NCBI GenBank assembly: GCA_903875575.1
Contig: CAIQWJ010000022.1
Coordinates: 1,162-65,161, forward strand
Origin: an uncultured Acidobacteriia bacterium
Lineage (GTDB): Bacteria; Acidobacteriota; Terriglobia; Bryobacterales; Bryobacteraceae
Length of the DNA: 64,000 nucleotides
Direction of reading: 5' to 3'
Made by a program: the position numbers and the translations under genes. The notes beneath the pieces were generated by a model that saw only the letters and a list, made by a program, of their open reading frames with translations, made no database searches and was not told the origin of the DNA. This document shows, piece by piece, positions 57,202 to 64,000 of this stretch (within the stretch, counting starts at the first letter, position 1; each line of letters begins with the position of its first letter).

Positions 57202-58890
57202 TCAGGCGCGAGGCTGGATTTTCAGCACGTAAGCGATGTTGTTCGGGCGTTGCGTGCCGACGTCGATATTCAGCCCCTGGTTATCTCGGGTGAACTGGAA
57301 CGTGCCGTTGACGCCCAGCATTTCGATGCGACCGACTTCGCCCGGATAGTTCCTGTTCCCATAGGCCAGGGTACGGATGCGAAGCTTGCCATCGGTTGGC
57401 CACGCCAGCGCTATGGCGTAAAGCGTGGAACCTTTTGTGGTGAAGCGGATGTCTTCCGCGGTGTAAGGCGTGGTGCGGTTTTCGTTGAAGTTCTTTGTGC
57501 CGCCGGTTTCGGGGGAACCTTCACCGTAGACCGTGAACGGACGGGTGCCGTAGATGGCTTCACCATTCGCGCTCATCCAGGTGGCGATGCCGGTCAGGAA
57601 CGCGTGCTCGTCTTCGTCGATGGAACCATCGCCGCGCAACGGAATGTTGAGCAGCAGGTTGCCGTTCTTGCTGACGATATCCGCCAGCATGTGGACTACC
57701 TGAGGGACGGTCTTGTACTTGTGGGTGTCAAACAGCGAGCGTTTGTAATGCCAGTCGCCGATGCATGTATCGGTCTGCCACGGGGTGGCGAGGATCTGGT
57801 CGGCCTTGCCTCGTTCAATATCGAGGACCATGCTGCCGACACGGCCGGGCTGGAGACCCTTGGAATTCAGGACGGCTTCCAGGCGACCGTTGTGATTCCG
57901 CATGTTCGAGTTGTAGTAATGGGCGGCGATGTCGAGGCCGGCCTGGCCGAGCGGCAGTTCGGTGTTATCGAAGTAGAGAAGATCGGGCTGATACTTGTCG
58001 ATCAGGTCCTGGCAGCGAAGGAACCAGCGGTCGACGAATTCGGGATGGCCGGGAGGCGGGGCTTCATCCCACTTGCGGTCATTGGCGGCGTGAAAATCGT
58101 TGGCGCCTTTTATGGTCGTGATGCCTTTGGGCATGGGCATGATGGCGCCGTTGTAGAGATGCTGGGGGTCGAGGCCTTCCCACCATTTGCCTTTGCCATC
58201 GGCCTTTGTGAGGAAGCCATCGTAGGGGATGCCCGCCATGGGCCCTTCGGGGTCATATCCGTAAGCGGTCTGGAACCAATGCCAGGAGTGTGCGGAGTGG
58301 TTTGTAACGCCGAACCGCAGGCTGTTCTCGCGTGCGAGCTTCGCCCAGGTGCCGACGATGTCCTTCTTTGGGCCGACCCGAAGCGAGTTCCATTCGTGAT
58401 ACGTGGAATCGTAGTTGTCCAGATTGTCGTGATGATTGGCCAGGGCGACGAAGTACTTTGCGCCGGCTTTCACGTAGAGGTCCATAAGTGCGCTGGGCTC
58501 CCATTTATCGGCCTTCCAGCGGTTGTCGATTTCCATGAAGCCGACTTTCGAGGGGTGGCCGAAGGTCTTGACGTGGAAGTCGTAGTGGGGGTGGCCCTGA
58601 ATGTACATCTGGCGGGCGTACCAATCGCCCTGCTCGGGGACGCACTGGGCGGTCCAGTGAGCCCAGATGCCGAATTTGGCGTCGCGGAACCAGTCTGGTG
58701 CCTTGTATTGAAGCAGCGATTCCCAGGTGGGTTTGAAGGTGCCGGAGGCAATGGATCGCGGCGCGCCGGCGCTATCCGATTGGGCGGCGGCGTTACGGGC
58801 GAGCCAGCCAGCTGGTGCCGTGGCCGCCATGCCGGCGACAAAGGCGCGGCGCGAGAGACGTGCGCGGGCGGATAAATCGATTCTCTTCAT
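57202..58890 (-). CDS. alpha-L-fucosidase (GH29), Tat signal
   Basis: SRRAFVAGMAATAPAG signal. WFRDAKFGIWAHWTAQCVPEQGDWY and YFVALANHHDN are GH29 motifs. C-terminal beta-sandwich domain. Confidence 0.85.
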   Translation of the reverse strand: MKRIDLSARARLSRRAFVAGMAATAPAGWLARNAAAQSDSAGAPRSIASGTFKPTWESLLQYKAPDWFRDAKFGIWAHWTAQCVPEQGDWYARQMYIQGHPHYDFHVKTFGHPSKVGFMEIDNRWKADKWEPSALMDLYVKAGAKYFVALANHHDNLDNYDSTYHEWNSLRVGPKKDIVGTWAKLARENSLRFGVTNHSAHSWHWFQTAYGYDPEGPMAGIPYDGFLTKADGKGKWWEGLDPQHLYNGAIMPMPKGITTIKGANDFHAANDRKWDEAPPPGHPEFVDRWFLRCQDLIDKYQPDLLYFDNTELPLGQAGLDIAAHYYNSNMRNHNGRLEAVLNSKGLQPGRVGSMVLDIERGKADQILATPWQTDTCIGDWHYKRSLFDTHKYKTVPQVVHMLADIVSKNGNLLLNIPLRGDGSIDEDEHAFLTGIATWMSANGEAIYGTRPFTVYGEGSPETGGTKNFNENRTTPYTAEDIRFTTKGSTLYAIALAWPTDGKLRIRTLAYGNRNYPGEVGRIEMLGVNGTFQFTRDNQGLNIDVGTQRPNNIAYVLKIQPRA

Positions 58891-58949
58891 GGATAAGTGC
58901 CCTCGTTCAGATCGTAGCGCATTGCGGCGCGGGATCGGGGTCGCGGGTG

Positions 58950-59846
58950 TCAGTTATCGGTGGGTGTCTTTTCGACGTGGTCCACGATCAGCATTTCCAC
59001 CTGATCCTTCTGAGTGTCGAGCTTCAGGCCCATCTGCTCGACGGCACCGAATATCGGGTTTTGCTGCGGAGTGGCCGCTATGGCGGCACCGCCCTCCGCG
59101 CCGCCGCCGGGAGCCTGTTGCGGGCCCTGATCCATGGAAATATCGAAGGACGCTTCGTAAGAGCCCTTGAGGCCGGTCTTATCGACCACCATCCGGTCAC
59201 CTTCGGAACTCAGCAACTGGACGAAGCGCGAGGTGGTGAGATTAGAAAATTCGATGTGTTCGCCGCTGCCGCCCATGCTGATCTTCAGGGTTCCAAGTCC
59301 CGCGATGAAGGCCACCATCCCGTTTTTGGTCTCGCGTCGCGTCATCTTTCCGAAAGGCGTGTTCTGCGTGACATCGCCGGGCATCGGTTCCGGCGCAATC
59401 TCTTCGGTGGTGGCAGGTTTCATCTTCCTGAGGCCGCTTTTGCCGACAATCAGCGCATAAATCGGGACTTCCCGTTTTTCTTTATGAACGGTCAGTTTGA
59501 AGCGTTCCGCCAGAAGCGCCTGGAGCATCTTTGGAACCTGTGCCTCGGTGGCGCCGACGGGCATGGTGGCCTGAATGTCATAATGCTCGGTCTTCAGGAA
59601 ATCGGGCCCGACGATCTGCACGGGCACTACGTCGTACGCGCTGAAGATGAGATCGAAAAGCGATTGATAGCCCATGTTGACGCGCGTGCTGGTGATGTTG
59701 ACGCTGGTGTTGGGCCGCTGTCCCGCGCGGGCCGCCGCCAGGAAGTCCGCCTGGTTCACCGGCTTTACAACAGCAACCTCAAATGCGGGTGCCTGTGCGA
59801 GTGCGGCTCCGCAAGACAACGCGAGAATTGCAAGCAGGTTCTTCAT
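58950..59846 (-). CDS. TIGR03435-type protein (intact paralog)
   Basis: Signal MKNLLAILALSCGAALAQ followed by APAFEVAVVKP...FDLIFSAYDV...LQALLAERFKL...LIVDHVEKTPTDN. Paralog of 22736-23499. Confidence 0.75.
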   Translation of the reverse strand: MKNLLAILALSCGAALAQAPAFEVAVVKPVNQADFLAAARAGQRPNTSVNITSTRVNMGYQSLFDLIFSAYDVVPVQIVGPDFLKTEHYDIQATMPVGATEAQVPKMLQALLAERFKLTVHKEKREVPIYALIVGKSGLRKMKPATTEEIAPEPMPGDVTQNTPFGKMTRRETKNGMVAFIAGLGTLKISMGGSGEHIEFSNLTTSRFVQLLSSEGDRMVVDKTGLKGSYEASFDISMDQGPQQAPGGGAEGGAAIAATPQQNPIFGAVEQMGLKLDTQKDQVEMLIVDHVEKTPTDN

Positions 59847-59943
59847 GGCGATCAGATTCTTTCCCACAGGGAGTATATCGCGAACTGCGATTGGAAAGAA
59901 CTTTATCTTTCGCGTATCCTGTATGAATAAAGGAGTTCAACCC

Positions 59944-62742
59944 GTGATCTGGTGCCGCAAATGTCTGTCCGGTGTGATTTTGGTAACAGGGAGCCTGCTG
60001 GCGTTACCTTTCGCCCAAGCCGCAACCCCACTTTTCAGCGCTCCCGTGGAACGCTCCGAATGGACCGCCGCGCGCGGTCTGGCTACGCCCGATGCGGCGC
60101 AGCTTCATAACGCGAAAAAGTCTCTGCGCGTGGAGGCGGGGACAAGTTCCGATGCGCGGGTACAATCGGCACCCATCAATCTGACGCTGGGCAAGACGTA
60201 CGAACTGTCAGGCTGGGTGCGGACAGATGAACTGACGGTGCGCGATACCGACCGGTCGCCGATCGCGATTGGTGCGGCGCTGACTATGGCGTCGATGCCT
60301 TATGACGTGCATTCGGCTTCGCTCGGTGGAACGCGGGACTGGACGCGGCTTTCGCTGCGATTTGTGGCGAGTCGCGCGAAGGATCAGATCGTGCTGACGG
60401 TGGGCAATGGCGGCGCGTTCAAAGGCAAGGCGTGGTTTGAAGGCGTCAGTCTGGACGAAGCGTCCGCGAATGAGAGTTGGCCGGCGCGCGACGCGATTCG
60501 CACTTTCGGCCCGGCGTACCGGTATCCGGCGGCGGGCTGGGTTTATCTGCACATTGAAGGTAAGCCTTATGAGCGCGGCTATCAGCATGGTTTTCTGATG
60601 GCGAAAGAAATTCCGGAGTACCTGGCGCGTTGCCAGTGGGATCTGGCTGGGAAGTACGATGCTCAGGCGTGGAACACTTACCGGACCGCGGCGGATGCGC
60701 TGTTCCTGCGCGGCTTCGACAAGGAAATTCTGGAAGAGATGCGCGGCATAGTGGACGGGGCCAACGCCGCTGGCGCAAAGTGGCTGGGGCGGAAGCTGGA
60801 TCTGGTGGATCTGGTGCTGCTGAATACAGAAGTGGAGATGAAGGAGCTGGCGTCGGCGATGCCGATGACACCGACAGGGATGGAAGGCACGGCATTTTCC
60901 GCACCGGCCTATTTGAAAGGCGCGGCGAAAGAGGATGATGCCTCCAAAGTGACGGAACACTGCAGTGCATTCGCGGCGACCGGCGCGGCGACGAAGGATG
61001 GAAAGATGGTAATTGGTCACGTGACCTGGTGGCCGCAGACGCTGGCGGAGCAGACCAACATCATGCTCGACATCAAACCGGAGAAGGGGCATCATTTGTT
61101 GATGCAGAGCTATCCGGGAGGCATTGAGAGCGGTACGGACTGGTATCAGAACGACGCCGGCGTGGTGCTGACAGAGACTACTATTCGCCAGACTCCTTTT
61201 AATGCGCAGGGCACGCCGGTAGCTTTCCGCGCGCGGATGGCGATTCAGTATGGCGGCAATATCGACGAAGTGGTGACGCAACTTGGCACGCGCAATAACG
61301 GCCTCTATACGAACGAGTGGCTGATCGGCGACGGCAAGACGAATGAGATCGCGATGTACGAGCTGGGGACCAGCCACACGAAATTGTGGCGGAGTTCGAA
61401 AAATGAATGGTTCGGCGGGACGACCGGTTTCTATTGGGGCAACAATAACGCCAAAGACATGGCCGTGAAACTGGAGTATCTGCCGGATCCGCAGGGCGCT
61501 CCGGAGTATGTACCCTTCGTGCCGACTGTGCGCGACCTTGCGTGGCAGGAAATGTATCACAAGTACAAAGGGCAGATTGATGAGCAGTTCGCGTTTCAGG
61601 CGTTTGACAGCGCACCGCTGGTGAGCGCGACGACGATGGACGCCAAGGTAATCAATTCCGATCTGGCGAACCAGATGATGGTGTGGGCGGAGTTCGGGCG
61701 TCCCAATGAAAGTGTGAAGAGAGCGCCGGGCGATGGCGGGCCCAATCAGGGGTTGTATCCGTCCGGATATTATCTGTTTGGGGCGCAGGCATCGGATGGG
61801 CTGAAGGCTTCGGTTTCAGCGGTGGAAGCCCAACGCATGGCGACGCCGGCAATGCAGGCACCGAAGGCACCGAAGGCCCTGACCTGGAAGGACAAGACCG
61901 AGCAACTCTGGAAAGGCTGGGTTCTGCCCGCTTCCGACGCCGATACCTGGTTTGTGGCGGGGTCGGCGGCGTATCAGAAGCTGTTGCAGTTGCCAGATGT
62001 GGACAAGGCAATCGAGGCCGAGCGGATTCGATACCGTGGCACGCGACTCGCGCAGGATGATGAGCGGAAACGCTTTGAAATGGAGCAGGAAAAAGGAGTC
62101 TTATTCCTCGATGGGTTGCGCCGGAAGATTGGAGACGACGCGTTTCTCCGGGTGATTGGGAATTTCTTTGCGGCGAACGCGACGAAGACGGTGCGGGCGC
62201 AGGCGTTCCTGGATATGGCGGGCGTTGCCGCGTTTGTGGCTCCCGATGCGGGCGAGGGCCCGGCGTGGCTGCCCGGAGACATGACCAGTCATGCGGGGCA
62301 GTCGGTGATTGTGTACGGTACGTCGGGCGAGGCGGGTACGAATCGATTTGCTGCGGAACAACTGCAGATGCGTTTTCGGGAACAGGGTCAGCGCGAGGTC
62401 GCGGTGTACAAAGACTTTGAGGCAGGGGATTCGCTGCTGGCGCACAAGGACGTGATCTTCGTGGGGCGTCCGGAGACGAATTCGGCGCTGGCGGCGTGGA
62501 GCGGGAAGCTGGCTCTCGATTATCAGGCCGGGGTGCTGAAGCTGGGCGGGAAGGCCTACGCTTCGGAACGCAACTCCGTGGTTTATGCGGCGAGCAATCC
62601 GCTGGATGCGAGCCATATGGTGCTGGTGTATGCAGGGAACAGCGCGCCCGCGCTGGTGCAGTCTTTGAGCGCGGCTACGGGGGCGGATGCGCCCTGGGTG
62701 GTGCTGGAGAACGGTAAGCCCGCAGGAGTTTCGGCGCAGTAA
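59944..62742 (+). CDS. large secreted multidomain protein with Ntn-hydrolase (peptidase C45-like) core
   Basis: AGGAG lies 8 nt upstream of GTG 59944 (alternative ATG 59923). Signal ...LLALPFAQA. The N-terminal CBM-like sandwich is followed by EHCSAFAATG...GHVTWW, a candidate autoprocessing Cys. The C-terminal helical region is FLDGLRRKIGDDAFLRVIGNFF. Confidence 0.55.
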   Translation: MIWCRKCLSGVILVTGSLLALPFAQAATPLFSAPVERSEWTAARGLATPDAAQLHNAKKSLRVEAGTSSDARVQSAPINLTLGKTYELSGWVRTDELTVRDTDRSPIAIGAALTMASMPYDVHSASLGGTRDWTRLSLRFVASRAKDQIVLTVGNGGAFKGKAWFEGVSLDEASANESWPARDAIRTFGPAYRYPAAGWVYLHIEGKPYERGYQHGFLMAKEIPEYLARCQWDLAGKYDAQAWNTYRTAADALFLRGFDKEILEEMRGIVDGANAAGAKWLGRKLDLVDLVLLNTEVEMKELASAMPMTPTGMEGTAFSAPAYLKGAAKEDDASKVTEHCSAFAATGAATKDGKMVIGHVTWWPQTLAEQTNIMLDIKPEKGHHLLMQSYPGGIESGTDWYQNDAGVVLTETTIRQTPFNAQGTPVAFRARMAIQYGGNIDEVVTQLGTRNNGLYTNEWLIGDGKTNEIAMYELGTSHTKLWRSSKNEWFGGTTGFYWGNNNAKDMAVKLEYLPDPQGAPEYVPFVPTVRDLAWQEMYHKYKGQIDEQFAFQAFDSAPLVSATTMDAKVINSDLANQMMVWAEFGRPNESVKRAPGDGGPNQGLYPSGYYLFGAQASDGLKASVSAVEAQRMATPAMQAPKAPKALTWKDKTEQLWKGWVLPASDADTWFVAGSAAYQKLLQLPDVDKAIEAERIRYRGTRLAQDDERKRFEMEQEKGVLFLDGLRRKIGDDAFLRVIGNFFAANATKTVRAQAFLDMAGVAAFVAPDAGEGPAWLPGDMTSHAGQSVIVYGTSGEAGTNRFAAEQLQMRFREQGQREVAVYKDFEAGDSLLAHKDVIFVGRPETNSALAAWSGKLALDYQAGVLKLGGKAYASERNSVVYAASNPLDASHMVLVYAGNSAPALVQSLSAATGADAPWVVLENGKPAGVSAQ

Positions 62743-62743
62743 C

Positions 62744-63964
62744 TTAAAGCCGGCGCAACACTAACACGGCGTTCAGACCACCGAAAGCGAAAGAGTTGGA
62801 GGTGGCGAATTCGCCGTCCCACGCTCGGGCGTGATTCGGCACGTAATCGAGATCGCACTCCGGGTCCGGCTCGTTGTAGTGAATCGTCGGCGGCAGGAAG
62901 CCTTCGCGCAGCGCGAGAATCGCAGCCGCCGATTCAATGGCACCGGCCGCGCCCAGCGTGTGGCCGTGCATGGACTTCGTGGACGAAACCGCCAGTTTTG
63001 AGGCGTGATCGCCAAAAGCCTGATGCAGCGCGCGCGTTTCCGTGACGTCGTTCACCAGAGTGCCCGTGCCGTGAGCGTTGACGTAGCTGATCTGTTCCGG
63101 TCCGATCCCCGCGTCTTTCAAGGCGCGGGTAATGGCGCGCGCTGCACCTTCTGCCGAAGGCTGCGTAACGTGGTGCGCATCGCTCGACATGCCCACACCG
63201 GCGATCTCCGCCAGCGGCTTCGCGCCACGTGCGAGCGCGTGTTCCAGTGATTCGATGACGAAGATGGCTCCGCCTTCACCGAGCATCATGCCGTTGCGGT
63301 CCTTCGAGAAAGGCCGACAGATGGTGGGAGAGACAACCCGCATGGATTCCCATGCCATTAAAATGCCGGGGCTGAAAGTAGCCTCGCTGCCGCCGGCGAG
63401 CGCGACATCGCACATGCCGCTGCGTATCATGCTGACGGCCTGGCCGATAGCGTGGGCCGAAGACGCGCAGGCCGTTGCGACGGTGAAAGCAGGTCCGGTG
63501 ATGCCGTGTTCCATGGCAATTCCACTGGCTCCGGCGTTGGCCATAGTCTTCGGAATGGTCATGGGGTGGGGACGCGGGCGTCCCCGTTTGTAGACTTCCA
63601 CGAAGCCGCGATCTTCGGTGGTCTGGCCGCCGATGCAGGAGCCCGTTACGATGGCGGCGTTTTCCCGAAGTTCCGGTGTCCACTCAATACCGCTGTGTTT
63701 TACGGCTTCGCGCGCGGCAACCACTGCGAGTTGCGCGAAGCGATCGAGCATATCGGCCTCTTTGGGCGCGAAATGATCGGTGGCGACGTAATCGTGCATC
63801 TGCGCTGCGTGGGTGAAGCGCAGATCCCACGGTTCAGAGTTGGGGTCCGGACTATGCAGCGGGACGCGACCATCGCGGCCTTCGCGCAGTGCCTGAGTGA
63901 ATTCTTCCAGGTTGCGCCCAATTGCGCAGGTGACGCCAATGCCCGTAACAACTGCTCGGCGCAT
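62744..63964 (-). CDS. beta-ketoacyl-ACP synthase II (FabF family)
   Basis: MRRAVVTGIGV..., active-site ATACASSAHAIG, then HVTQPS and NAHGTGT His motifs and the C-terminal SNSFAFGGLNAVLVL. Confidence 0.85.
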   Translation of the reverse strand: MRRAVVTGIGVTCAIGRNLEEFTQALREGRDGRVPLHSPDPNSEPWDLRFTHAAQMHDYVATDHFAPKEADMLDRFAQLAVVAAREAVKHSGIEWTPELRENAAIVTGSCIGGQTTEDRGFVEVYKRGRPRPHPMTIPKTMANAGASGIAMEHGITGPAFTVATACASSAHAIGQAVSMIRSGMCDVALAGGSEATFSPGILMAWESMRVVSPTICRPFSKDRNGMMLGEGGAIFVIESLEHALARGAKPLAEIAGVGMSSDAHHVTQPSAEGAARAITRALKDAGIGPEQISYVNAHGTGTLVNDVTETRALHQAFGDHASKLAVSSTKSMHGHTLGAAGAIESAAAILALREGFLPPTIHYNEPDPECDLDYVPNHARAWDGEFATSNSFAFGGLNAVLVLRRL

Positions 63965-64000
63965 TAGGCGGCGGCCTTCTCCGGTCCCGTCGGCGGTTTT
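63964..64000 (-). CDS. 3' end of an upstream gene (partial, unidentified)
   Basis: Open frame ...KPPTGPEKAAA-stop. Its TAA overlaps the KAS ATG by 1 nt (TAATG). Too short to identify. Confidence 0.3.
   Translation of the reverse strand, partial: KPPTGPEKAAA

Overview
GC-rich bacterial chromosomal window with tightly packed operons; many neighbouring genes overlap by 1-4 nt. All family names below were recognised by eye from the translations, because no search could be run. The gene content suggests Acidobacteriota of the Solibacter/Bryobacter type (inference): two TIGR03435-type paralogs, a TIGR03436-type VWFA protein, a DUF1549/DUF1553 + DUF1501 pair, and many Sec/Tat-exported glycosidases. 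I call about 60 protein genes (two cut by the window edges), two candidate mini-ORFs below the ORF-track cutoff, and one tRNA-Val(TAC). I found no rRNA, CRISPR array, integrase, IS transposase or prophage. Layout: 1-6957 is a Tad/Flp pilus operon (cpaB-cpaC-cpaE/tadZ-cpaF-orf95-tadB-tadC). 6958-11201 is the only clearly accessory stretch. It holds two single-helix mini-ORFs, short repeats and hairpins, a prenyltransferase-like alpha/alpha-toroid protein and a Tat-DUF362 protein. It also holds a divergent Rpn (PD-(D/E)XK) / HNH nuclease pair, bracketed by a 46-bp direct repeat. The rest is mainly housekeeping (lpxD, hfq-hflX, pgsA, rodZ-like, gltBD with a divergent LysR regulator, nth, lolC/E-like, lysS, rluB, scpAB, hemD, murB, a KAS II gene), mixed with secreted proteins of unknown function and glycoside hydrolases. 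No canonical novel multi-gene system stands out. The best leads are: (1) the repeat-bracketed nuclease cassette, whose Rpn gene has a Shine-Dalgarno-preceded internal in-frame start; (2) the two basic-tailed mini-ORFs after tadC; (3) a sensor protein resembling a chemoreceptor whose signalling hairpin has been removed, coupled to a 76-aa ORF; (4) hflX, whose conserved N-terminus has no canonical start codon; (5) a TIGR03435 paralog whose signal peptide is separated from the mature domain by a 1-nt frameshift; (6) two short-repeat families and a 29-bp tandem duplication.
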